Below, one piece after another: positions 1 through 8,399 of a stretch of DNA of 53,541 nt. The notes below the pieces were generated by a model, which saw only the letters and a list, made by a program, of their open reading frames with translations, did not search any database and was not told where the DNA came from. A program made the translations under genes and the position numbers. How positions within the stretch are numbered: the first letter of the stretch is position 1; each line of letters starts with the position of its first letter. The DNA comes from a virus. Taxonomy: Duplodnaviria > Caudoviricetes. Location of the stretch: positions 1 through 53,541 of IMG/VR virus record IMGVR_UViG_3300002242_000923. One strand, 5' to 3'.

Positions 1-353
1 GTAAAGGTGAAGACAAAGAAGATATGAAGAAATCTATCGATAAGTCTGAAACTTTAATGAAATCTTATATCGATGAAAAATATAGTTCTCTAGAAGAAAA
101 ACTTTCTAAGATGGCTGCTGCGATTGAAGCTATTGCTGATGCGCCAGTTGCTAGAAAAGGTATTCCTTCTGGTATTACTGCTCTTGCTAAGTCTACTGAT
201 GAAGTAGAACAACTAAGCAAGTCAGATGTAGCAAACAAGCTATTTGAACTTAAAAAATCTGGTCAAAGTGTAAATTCTGAAGATATTTTTAGAGTTGAAA
301 CTGGAAGCCAAGAAAACGCTAACCTAATTGCAAGCAAATACGGGCTTAAATAA
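1..353 (+). CDS. Putative capsid scaffold/assembly protein, C-terminal part (gene starts upstream of window)
   Basis: Frame is open from position 3 (KGEDKED-MKKS...); lies directly before the major capsid gene; many xKS motifs. Confidence 0.65.
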   Translation, partial: KGEDKEDMKKSIDKSETLMKSYIDEKYSSLEEKLSKMAAAIEAIADAPVARKGIPSGITALAKSTDEVEQLSKSDVANKLFELKKSGQSVNSEDIFRVETGSQENANLIASKYGLK

Positions 354-363
354 TCTATAGGAG

Positions 364-1818
364 ATGAATAAAATGAACGTAAACGAAACTGTTAACCAAA
401 TCAATTCAGGGCTGGAGCAGGGGATTGTTTCTCCTCAAGAAGTTGAAGCCTTAAACAAAGCTATTACTGCCGGATACGGTGGTGCTGGTAAACCTACTGA
501 CCTTACTTATGGTGGTGTCCTTCAAGCGGAATCTTTAGAGTCAACTCTAAAGTCAATCACGTTTGACATGAAGAACTTAAAGTTCTGGCCTGCAATTAGT
601 GTAGATAAGGCATACAATCTATTTGAGCAATATAATCGTCTAATCGGTTATGGTTCTGATTCTTCACCGTATATCGGAGAAGGTGGAGCACCTAGAGAAG
701 AAGATTCTACTTATATCAGAGACGGTCAAAGGATCGTATTCTTTGGTACTCGTAGGAAAGTATCGCATCAAATGACACTTGTTAGAACTACTGTTGGTGA
801 CATCGTAGCTCAACAAGCAAAAGAAGGAACAATGCACCTTCTTAAAAATGTAGAACGTGAAATGTACTGGGCACATGCTCACTTCACTAACGCAGCTACT
901 GGAGTTCAAAATGGAGCGATCTCTGATCTTCCTTCTAACTCTATTGCTATGAACGGACTTTTACAGCAATTGCTTAAAGGTGACGATGATAGTCAACAAA
1001 AATCACAAGCCTTTGAGGGTTATGGTGAAGTAAGAAGTATCTCTAAAGATTTAGATGGTGCTGTACTTAGCCAAGATGACCTTGAAGATCTTGCAGTTAT
1101 CGCTCTAGAGAACTTCGGTGCTCCAAGCGAATTGCACATCGAGCCACTTGCGCTTAGTTCTTTTATTAAGCAATTTTATCCACAATTCAGATCAGCTCCT
1201 GGTTTAGCTGCACAATCTGTTGGTTATGATGTTAATAAGATGACTACTTCTGCAGGTAACATCGATTTCAAACCAAATCTATTCCTTAGACCAAGAGGTA
1301 GAGCAAGAGCTGTAGGTATTACAGGAGCTCCAGTAGCACCTGTTGTCGGTGCTGTTGGTTCTGCTACTAACCCAGCTGGTTCTTTAACTGCTACTGATTC
1401 TTATGATTATGTAGTAACTGCCGTTAATGATCACGGTGAAGGTTCTGTTTCTAATGTTCAAACTGCTGTTGTTCAAGTTGCTGGTTCTGCACAAATTTCG
1501 ATTGGTGTAGTTGCTGGTGCAAAGTTCTACAAAGTTTATCGTAAGGTAACTGGTGCTGCTGCTGGAACTGAGCAATTTGTAGGTAACTACAGAGCTGCTG
1601 GAGACGTAACTGATTCTGGTGCTAAAGGTGCTGGTCTTGGTGAGGCATTCTTGCTAGACATGAGTTCAGAAGTAATGAGATTTAAGCAGTTAAGTCCATT
1701 AAGTAAAATAAATTTTGCAATTGTAAGTACTGCACTTGAATTCGCAGTTGTTCTGTATGGTGCACTCTTTGTGTATGCTCCACGCTTTAATTGCTTGTTT
1801 AGAAACTTAGGAAAGTAA
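364..1818 (+). CDS. Major capsid protein, SPO1/Twort/K (Herelleviridae)-like fold with Ig-like insertion
   Basis: LNKA-ITAGYG, ESLE, EQYNR and YKVYR segments resemble the phage K/SPO1 capsid; followed by a terminator; true start may be 373 (AGGAG at 359-363). Confidence 0.9.
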   Translation: MNKMNVNETVNQINSGLEQGIVSPQEVEALNKAITAGYGGAGKPTDLTYGGVLQAESLESTLKSITFDMKNLKFWPAISVDKAYNLFEQYNRLIGYGSDSSPYIGEGGAPREEDSTYIRDGQRIVFFGTRRKVSHQMTLVRTTVGDIVAQQAKEGTMHLLKNVEREMYWAHAHFTNAATGVQNGAISDLPSNSIAMNGLLQQLLKGDDDSQQKSQAFEGYGEVRSISKDLDGAVLSQDDLEDLAVIALENFGAPSELHIEPLALSSFIKQFYPQFRSAPGLAAQSVGYDVNKMTTSAGNIDFKPNLFLRPRGRARAVGITGAPVAPVVGAVGSATNPAGSLTATDSYDYVVTAVNDHGEGSVSNVQTAVVQVAGSAQISIGVVAGAKFYKVYRKVTGAAAGTEQFVGNYRAAGDVTDSGAKGAGLGEAFLLDMSSEVMRFKQLSPLSKINFAIVSTALEFAVVLYGALFVYAPRFNCLFRNLGK

Positions 1819-1846
1819 TCTAAGTTATTAAAATTACAAACAAATT

Positions 1847-1871
1847 GGCCCAACTTATGTTGGGCCTTTTT
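1847..1871 (+). terminator. Rho-independent terminator
   Basis: GGCCCAAC-ttat-GTTGGGCC followed by TTTTT. Confidence 0.85.
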
Positions 1872-1902
1872 GTACTAATTTAAGCAGTTATAACCATTAT
1901 CT

Positions 1903-1911
1903 AGGTATAAT
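1903..1911 (+). promoter_or_regulatory. -10 promoter element (AGGTATAAT)
   Basis: TATAAT 1906-1911 upstream of GAGG RBS and TTG start at 1942. Confidence 0.6.
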
Positions 1912-1941
1912 ATATTGTAATAGCACCATAAGAGGTTACAA

Positions 1942-3237
1942 TTGTTTATATATAGAATTAAAAATAAAAAGAATAATAAAATTTATATAGGTCAAACTAT
2001 TAGATCAATAAAAGAACGATGGAGTGCGCATTGTTCGTCATCAACTCGCAATACTAACAACTTATTTCACAATGCAATTGCGAAACACGGGAAGGATTCA
2101 TTTGAGATAGAGGAATTAGCTAAAGCTGATTCGCAAGAACAACTTGATGAATTAGAGAGTTTATATATAAAGTTAAATAATTCACTACACCCGTATGGTT
2201 ATAACCTTAAAACAGGTGGATCAAATGGGGTTGTATATTCAGATGAATCTAAGAAAAAAATGTCTGAGACTAAACTTGGAATACCTATATCAAAAGAAGC
2301 AAAAGACAAGATGAGTAAAGCACATAAGAAAATATGGGACAATGACGATGGAACGCTGTCTAAACAGAGAAGTAAAATAGTTAAAGAAGCATGGAAAAAT
2401 CAAGAATATCGTGAAAAAATATCCGCAGCAAGAAAAGAGTACTGGTCTAATCAGCAAAATAGAGAAAAAGCTAGTGAACGAGGTAAAAAAATGGCATCTG
2501 ATCCTAAGTATATTAAAAAAGTAAGTGATGGTGTTAAGAGTGCTCACAAAAAACCAGAAACTAAAAAGAAAATGCGCAAACATTATGATAAACAAATGAA
2601 ACAAGTAATAGATTCTAATGGCGTTGTGTATCCATCGATTAAGGATGCAGCTGACAAGTTGGGCATCATGCCTAGCAATATAGTTAAAGTTATAAAGGGT
2701 GACTATAAGAAAACAAAAGGATTAGTCTTTAGATATGTTGAAAACAAAAAGACAAACAAAGAATTAGATGTAATATATCAAGAAAAATTAATAAACCCAG
2801 ATTTAAGTCAACAAACTATATATATAGTTTCAGGCATAGCTGGTTCAGGCAAATCATGGGTATGCAATCAGCTTACTAGTAAATTTCATTACATTGCCTA
2901 CGATAAAAATAAGAAAAAAGATCATTTACATCTAATAAGATCAGCTCCCAAAGATAAAATAATCTTATATGATTTAAACATTAACACTTCAACATTTATA
3001 AGAAGAAATTGCGAAGAATTTAATATACGTTTTGTAACTATATTGGGTGATTTTTTACAAGTCAAACAACAATTAAAAGATCGAGGTGGAAAAATAACTA
3101 AAGGGACTTATTCGAGATGGAAAGTTATGAAAAAAAGAGCAAATACCTATGGAGAATGTCAAGGATCATCTTCTGAGATACTTAAATACCTTAAAAATCT
3201 AAAGCTCAATCTAGTACGCAAAATCAATCACGTATAA
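1942..3237 (+). CDS. GIY-YIG homing endonuclease with NUMOD3/NUMOD1-like repeats fused to a C-terminal P-loop domain
   Basis: FIYRIKN..KIYIGQT, GYNLKTGG, SDESKKKMSE repeats, YPSIKDAA HTH, then IYIVSGIAGSGKS Walker A. Confidence 0.8.
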   Translation: MFIYRIKNKKNNKIYIGQTIRSIKERWSAHCSSSTRNTNNLFHNAIAKHGKDSFEIEELAKADSQEQLDELESLYIKLNNSLHPYGYNLKTGGSNGVVYSDESKKKMSETKLGIPISKEAKDKMSKAHKKIWDNDDGTLSKQRSKIVKEAWKNQEYREKISAARKEYWSNQQNREKASERGKKMASDPKYIKKVSDGVKSAHKKPETKKKMRKHYDKQMKQVIDSNGVVYPSIKDAADKLGIMPSNIVKVIKGDYKKTKGLVFRYVENKKTNKELDVIYQEKLINPDLSQQTIYIVSGIAGSGKSWVCNQLTSKFHYIAYDKNKKKDHLHLIRSAPKDKIILYDLNINTSTFIRRNCEEFNIRFVTILGDFLQVKQQLKDRGGKITKGTYSRWKVMKKRANTYGECQGSSSEILKYLKNLKLNLVRKINHV

Positions 3238-3244
3238 TCTATCT

Positions 3245-3391
3245 ATGAAAGATTTGATATTAAAACCACAAGAAATTAAATTACTAAAAGTATTAAACTC
3301 ATTAAATTTAATTGAGTCAAAACTTATAGAAAAAATCTACAATAAAAGGTCTCATTTCGCGAAATTTGTTTATAGAGTGAGGTTTAAGTGA
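3245..3391 (+). CDS. Small hypothetical protein (48 aa, MKDLILKP...), probably leaderless
   Basis: ATG 6 nt after TATAAT (3233-3238); stop overlaps GTG start of next gene. Confidence 0.5.
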   Translation: MKDLILKPQEIKLLKVLNSLNLIESKLIEKIYNKRSHFAKFVYRVRFK

Positions 3392-3840
3392 GTTATCTCA
3401 AACAATTCCTTACTGATCTAACAGATAGTGGCGAATATTATGCAGAAATGTTAGATAACTGTGCTGAAATATACATAGTGACTGAACAAAAACCAGTGTT
3501 AATGCTTGAATTTGATGAAAAAGTTTACCACTTAAACTTTCGATGTGATCTTACCTCTAATACTGTGGCTCAAATGACATATGATATGGCCTGTATAGAC
3601 GAAGATTTAGTCATTGGAAAAGACTTTTTTTCATCGCCGGATACAGGGATTGTATACGGTAAAGAAGCATTGGATTTATATTTTACATCTATAGTGCAGG
3701 CTATAGATACAGCACGATTGCAACAAGAAACAACACTAGATGATTCTGTATATGTAGTAACACAACCGATAATGACATATGGGAAAAAGAATGATACAAA
3801 CAATAAATTGCAGAGATTGTGGGGAACCGACTTGGAATAG
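3388..3840 (+). CDS. Hypothetical protein
   Basis: 150-aa ORF with GAGG RBS, tightly packed. Confidence 0.7.
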   Translation: MSYLKQFLTDLTDSGEYYAEMLDNCAEIYIVTEQKPVLMLEFDEKVYHLNFRCDLTSNTVAQMTYDMACIDEDLVIGKDFFSSPDTGIVYGKEALDLYFTSIVQAIDTARLQQETTLDDSVYVVTQPIMTYGKKNDTNNKLQRLWGTDLE

Positions 3841-3988
3841 AACCGAGCGCTGCTGTCCTTGCAAGAGGACATGGAGGAAGAAAGTGGCTGAAACTAAAGA
3901 AAGTGCCAAAAAGGATTTGGAAAAAGCCATACGGTGTATCCAAAAACATATAGACAAAGAACTAACCGAGGATAAAAATAATGGCTAA
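3779..3988 (+). CDS. Small Cys-rich (zinc-finger-like) protein
   Basis: CRDC...CCPC; stop overlaps next start; exact start uncertain. Confidence 0.5.
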   Translation: MGKRMIQTINCRDCGEPTWNRTERCCPCKRTWRKKVAETKESAKKDLEKAIRCIQKHIDKELTEDKNNG

Positions 3989-4886
3989 GAAAAAAGTTGC
4001 TAAAAAGACTACAGTTAAGAAGACTGCTAAAAAGGCTACAGTTAAGAAGACTGCTAAAAAGTACAAGAGATTTGCGCCTCCAGTTAGTAATGTTGGTAAA
4101 CCAAAAGTTCTTGTCTATGATATAGAAACAGCCCCTGTTCTAGCCTCAGTGTGGGGATTATTTGATCAGAATGTTGGTCTAAATATGATTGAGTCAGATT
4201 GGCACATTATGTCCTGGTCTGCTAAGTGGCTCGATGCTCCAGAGAATGAAGTTATGTATATGGATCAACGTCGTAAAAGAAACATAGAAGATGACAAAGA
4301 TCTGCTGAAAGAGATTTGGTCTCTTCTAGATGAGGCAGATATGGTTATTACCCAAAATGGTAAAAAGTTTGACCAAAAGAAGTTAAATGCAAGATTTATA
4401 CTAAGTGGAATGCAACCACCATCATCATATAAGCATATAGATACCCTTCGTATAGCTAAGAAGCATTTTGCTTTTACTAGCAATAAGTTAGCGTATATGA
4501 CAGATAAATTGTGTGTTAAATATAAGAAATTAAGCCACGGCCAGTTTCCAGGGTTTGAGTTGTGGAAAGAGTGTATGGCAGGAAATCAAGATGCTTGGCA
4601 AGAAATGGAAGATTATAACAAATATGATGTTCTATCACTAGAAGAGCTATATAGAATATTAATTCCTTGGGATAATACATTCAATTTTAATACTTATCAC
4701 GACTCAACAGATGTTTACTGTAAATGCGGCAATAATACTTTTTCAAAAAATGGCTTTTATCACTCAAATGCAGGTAAATATCAAAAATATAAATGTAAAA
4801 GCTGCGGTCATGAAAGTCGAGATAAGGTTAACTTGTTGTCTAAAGACAAGCGCAAAAGCTTAAGACCAGAGACGCCTAAGACATAA
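3981..4886 (+). CDS. RNase H-fold DnaQ-like 3'-5' exonuclease with Lys/Ala-rich N-terminal tail and C-terminal zinc ribbon
   Basis: YDIET, NGKKFD, HIDT, YNKYDV motifs; CKCG...CKSCG. Confidence 0.85.
   Translation: MAKKKVAKKTTVKKTAKKATVKKTAKKYKRFAPPVSNVGKPKVLVYDIETAPVLASVWGLFDQNVGLNMIESDWHIMSWSAKWLDAPENEVMYMDQRRKRNIEDDKDLLKEIWSLLDEADMVITQNGKKFDQKKLNARFILSGMQPPSSYKHIDTLRIAKKHFAFTSNKLAYMTDKLCVKYKKLSHGQFPGFELWKECMAGNQDAWQEMEDYNKYDVLSLEELYRILIPWDNTFNFNTYHDSTDVYCKCGNNTFSKNGFYHSNAGKYQKYKCKSCGHESRDKVNLLSKDKRKSLRPETPKT
3998..4061 (+). repeat. 27-bp tandem repeat (~2.4 copies) encoding AKK(T/A)TVKKT
   Basis: tgctaaaaag(a/g)ctacagttaagaagac repeated. Confidence 0.85.
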
Positions 4887-4914
4887 ACAGACTCACTCAT
4901 TTAACTGTTAGATA

Positions 4915-4954
4915 TGGTATAATCTCCTTATGAGCATTAGTTTATAAGGAGATT
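4915..4954 (+). promoter_or_regulatory. Extended -10 promoter overlapping an RBS-sequestering hairpin
   Basis: TGGTATAAT 4915-4923; AATCTCCTTAT (4921-4931) is complementary to ATAAGGAGATT (4944-4954). Confidence 0.7.
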
Positions 4955-4960
4955 TATCAC

Positions 4961-5287
4961 ATGGCACAAAAGAATAAAGCAAGAAAGATGCTTACAAACA
5001 ATGTCGCAGCAATCGCACAGGCATTAGTATCCGTTAACCTTCCAGGTAAGGTAATTACAGACCCAATAAATGCAGCAGTAAAAGTCGGAGAAGGGAATAT
5101 CCTTAGAATCCAGACATCTGGTGATTTATTTGTAGCCTTTAGTGATGAGAGCAGTATTGGTGTTGTATCTGCAGCTACTACCCCAGCAGTTAAATTAGTT
5201 GGAGCTGGAGTTCATTATGTTGTATGTCAAAGCACATATGTGAGAGCTAGTGGAACAGCGACAAGAGTAGAACTTTTAGAATTCTAA
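4961..5287 (+). CDS. Probable virion structural protein
   Basis: Strong RBS, beta-rich composition, first gene of head operon. Confidence 0.6.
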   Translation: MAQKNKARKMLTNNVAAIAQALVSVNLPGKVITDPINAAVKVGEGNILRIQTSGDLFVAFSDESSIGVVSAATTPAVKLVGAGVHYVVCQSTYVRASGTATRVELLEF

Positions 5288-5296
5288 GGAGAAAAT

Positions 5297-6322
5297 ATGA
5301 AGGTTGATAACTTCAAGGAGTTGCTCTTAAAGAAGTCAGAAGACAATAGGAATCTGCAAGTCCTTATTAAATACATGAAAGAAGAGTATCTAGTGGATCA
5401 CATAGTTGAATCTCTAAAGAAAATGGCTTCTTCATATTCAAAGAAGAATCCTAATGCTGGATTAACAAACTTTGGCTCTACAATGGATGAGTTTACAGAA
5501 GGTGACATGATCCATGATGCTTTGTCTCATCATGCTTCTGCATATAAGGCTGCATTGAAAGCTGGAGATAAAAAAACAGCTGATAAACATATGTCTCAAA
5601 TACATAAGATTATGCACATGTCTGATAAAGTAACAAAAGATGGTCTAAATGATCACTCAGGTGGAAAACTAAGAATAGATGCAATTGACCCTAAGCCATG
5701 GGAAAGAACAGGCAAAACTAACGTGAACGATAAAGGGAAATTTAAAACCGACACAGTTGGTTGGAAATACCAAAGAGCTAATCCTGACTATAGTCATCTT
5801 AGAGGTGCTCCACATGAGTCATATAAAGGGGAAATTAGAGCTCACGGTCACAATAAGGCGTACCCATTAGAGGAAATGAAGGTTAATGATAAGCATATTC
5901 ATATAGACGATGATCATGATTTTAATGGAGAATATCAACCTCACCCATTCGACTCTCACCCAGTTATGGGTATATATAATACAAAGCCAAGTGACCATAA
6001 CGACTTAAAGCAAGAAGAGTATCTAAAAAATGTTGATGCTTTTAATGACGAAGGTGGTGGATTAGATGCTTATTATGATATGATTGAAGCAAGAGATCCA
6101 GAAGCTCATGCTGCCCGTGGAAGTGTTAAGCATCCAGGTGTTCATGAGGATGTTCCAGGATTAAACATTGATAGGGAAACAAAAGAAGCTCCGGCAGCAG
6201 TGTCTACAAAGGTTGATGATCTACCAGAAAAAGCCCCTTCATTGCAGGATATGAAAGCACAGCAAAAATCTAAATTACAAGATATTCTAGCTAATGCAAA
6301 ACCGCCAAAGGCAGGTAAATAA
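5297..6322 (+). CDS. Hypothetical, possible head-internal protein
   Basis: AAGGAG RBS; hydrophilic; N-terminal LLKKS motif. Confidence 0.65.
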   Translation: MKVDNFKELLLKKSEDNRNLQVLIKYMKEEYLVDHIVESLKKMASSYSKKNPNAGLTNFGSTMDEFTEGDMIHDALSHHASAYKAALKAGDKKTADKHMSQIHKIMHMSDKVTKDGLNDHSGGKLRIDAIDPKPWERTGKTNVNDKGKFKTDTVGWKYQRANPDYSHLRGAPHESYKGEIRAHGHNKAYPLEEMKVNDKHIHIDDDHDFNGEYQPHPFDSHPVMGIYNTKPSDHNDLKQEEYLKNVDAFNDEGGGLDAYYDMIEARDPEAHAARGSVKHPGVHEDVPGLNIDRETKEAPAAVSTKVDDLPEKAPSLQDMKAQQKSKLQDILANAKPPKAGK

Positions 6323-7554
6323 TGGATGCAATGGAATTATTAAAATCGATTAATGATATTCTTAAAAAGAATGAACAATTCTTAATAGATAACCCTGAAG
6401 CATTTAAGTTGATTGAAGGAAGACTGCAAAAAGCAGTTTATGACCCAGAAGATGAAATGACTGATGAGGATTTTTATAATCAAGAAGATGATTCTGGCAT
6501 ATCAGATTTATTTGACGATGTTCCTAAAGATGATTTCGATGAAAACTTAGATGGTCATATAGATGATGACGAAGCTGCTCAGTGGTTAAAAGAGAATGAG
6601 GATAATGTAAAAGGTGAAAAAGACATAGATGGTGATGGTGATATAGATTTATCAGAAAAAGCAAAACAAAAAATTGCAGCTACTGATAAGAAAACTGATA
6701 AAAATAAAGTTTCAAGTTCTGGTTATAGAGAGTGGGCGCCTAAAGATAAATATGAAGACAATCACCAATCAGCTATTGATAAATATGTTAATGATGGATA
6801 TTCTCCCAGAGAAGCTGAAAGATTAGCTGGAGCAAGTGATTCTCCAAATGATTTTCAATCAGCCTTAAAGCATAAAATAAAACCATCTCAGCCATCTAAA
6901 AAAATGCTTGAGCGCATGAAAGGACTGGCTGGGGATTGGTTGAGAAATGCTGAGCGTAAGATTGGTGAATCAGCAGATGCTAAGAAAAACCCTATTAAGC
7001 ATGCATCGTCAAAAGCATTAAATGCTCACGAAAATGCACATAATGATTTTAATGCATCTTATAATAAATTTTTGTCTTCTGATGATGTAAAAGATTTAAG
7101 AGGTAGAGCTAGAACTAATGCAATAAGAGAATTCAAAAAACAATATAATAACGACAATCCAACACACAGAGAAAATGTAATTCAAGCTGCTAATGCAGGT
7201 AAAGAATATGATTTAGCTATGAATCAAAGAAAAAAGCACTTAGAAGAAGGTAAACAATCAATTCTTGATGCTGGTAAATCTGGTGGAGAAATGAGTACAG
7301 TTGGTGAGTATTCAAATGGAGCTTCTGGGGACACGAACAACATGACAGCACAAGGCGCAGCTCAAATGGCTGGTGGTGCTCAAGAAGAAGGTGGATATAC
7401 CTCTGGAACAGTTAAGGATCCAGCTATGCACTTTGCAGAGTCTAATCCCGAGTATGTTAAAAGTTTAAGGGATAAATTAACGAGCAAACTAACCCCTGAA
7501 CAATCAAATCGATTAAGTGCTATCACAAGTATAAGAAAAAAGGGAAGTGAGTAA
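6322..7554 (+). CDS. Hypothetical, possible head-internal protein (acidic N-region, basic C-region)
   Basis: TAATG coupling; LLKS and LQKA motifs; DIDGDGDID loop. Confidence 0.65.
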   Translation: MDAMELLKSINDILKKNEQFLIDNPEAFKLIEGRLQKAVYDPEDEMTDEDFYNQEDDSGISDLFDDVPKDDFDENLDGHIDDDEAAQWLKENEDNVKGEKDIDGDGDIDLSEKAKQKIAATDKKTDKNKVSSSGYREWAPKDKYEDNHQSAIDKYVNDGYSPREAERLAGASDSPNDFQSALKHKIKPSQPSKKMLERMKGLAGDWLRNAERKIGESADAKKNPIKHASSKALNAHENAHNDFNASYNKFLSSDDVKDLRGRARTNAIREFKKQYNNDNPTHRENVIQAANAGKEYDLAMNQRKKHLEEGKQSILDAGKSGGEMSTVGEYSNGASGDTNNMTAQGAAQMAGGAQEEGGYTSGTVKDPAMHFAESNPEYVKSLRDKLTSKLTPEQSNRLSAITSIRKKGSE

Positions 7555-8390
7555 TGGCTAAAAGTGAAACAAATTCAAGGGGAATATTTCCGGCATGGTC
7601 ACAGAGTGGTGAAGATGTCAGTGGAACATTTGAAAGATATAAACCTTTACCAACGCCAGTAGGATTAAAAGCTACGGCCTTATTTGGTTTGCCACTAAAG
7701 TCTGCGTTAACTGGAGATGAATTGTCAGATGATGCTATAAAGCATTATATTGATGGAGCTATTTCACAAATAGAACATGAGTTAGATTTATACATAACAC
7801 CAGTTGAATTTAAAGAACAGCATGATTACCGCAGACATGAGTTTACATGGAATTATAATTATCTTAAATTAAACCACCCTAATGTTATTAGTGTATCTAA
7901 GGTTGAACTATCATTTTCTAATGATGACGATAATTTAGGTTTTGTTCAATTTCCATTACAACATGTTCATTTACAGCCACAAGAAGGCGTAATACAGTTA
8001 GTTCCTGCATTTGGAACAAGTCTATCCGGATTTCTTTTATCTGCATTTTCAGGGACACAATTCCATGCATTAAGAGCAATTGGTCTAGACACATTTCCTG
8101 GCGGTGTAAGAGTTAATTATAAGGCTGGTTTTGAAAAGGATAAAGTGCCTGCAGCAATAGTAGAGTTAATAGAGAATATTGCTGCATTTAAGTTACTCAC
8201 TTTTATTGGACCGCTACTGTTTCCACATACATCTGTTGGAGTTAGTATGGATGGGGTTAGCCAGTCAGTTGGAACTCCAGGACCTCAATTTTTAGCACAG
8301 CGTATAAGAGACTTAGATGATATTATAGAAAAACAAAAATTAGCAATAAAAGGTTATTATCAAAGATCGTTTCAAATCGATTTCTTTTAA
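7554..8390 (+). CDS. Neck / head-tail adaptor protein (K/SPO1-like)
   Basis: LFGLPL...IDGAISQIEHELDLYITP, VNYKAGF, SMDGVSQS pattern of myovirus head-completion proteins. Confidence 0.7.
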   Translation: MAKSETNSRGIFPAWSQSGEDVSGTFERYKPLPTPVGLKATALFGLPLKSALTGDELSDDAIKHYIDGAISQIEHELDLYITPVEFKEQHDYRRHEFTWNYNYLKLNHPNVISVSKVELSFSNDDDNLGFVQFPLQHVHLQPQEGVIQLVPAFGTSLSGFLLSAFSGTQFHALRAIGLDTFPGGVRVNYKAGFEKDKVPAAIVELIENIAAFKLLTFIGPLLFPHTSVGVSMDGVSQSVGTPGPQFLAQRIRDLDDIIEKQKLAIKGYYQRSFQIDFF

Positions 8391-8399
8391 GGAGAAGGT

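Noticed and set aside
1310-1625. Ig/FN3-like insertion in the major capsid protein
   Set aside because: An equivalent insertion domain is a normal feature of K/SPO1-type capsid proteins
664-2604. Antisense ORFs in the track (e.g. 664..909, 1587..1853, 2290..2604 and similar elsewhere)
   Set aside because: Shadows of real genes on the opposite strand, without RBS or protein-like composition
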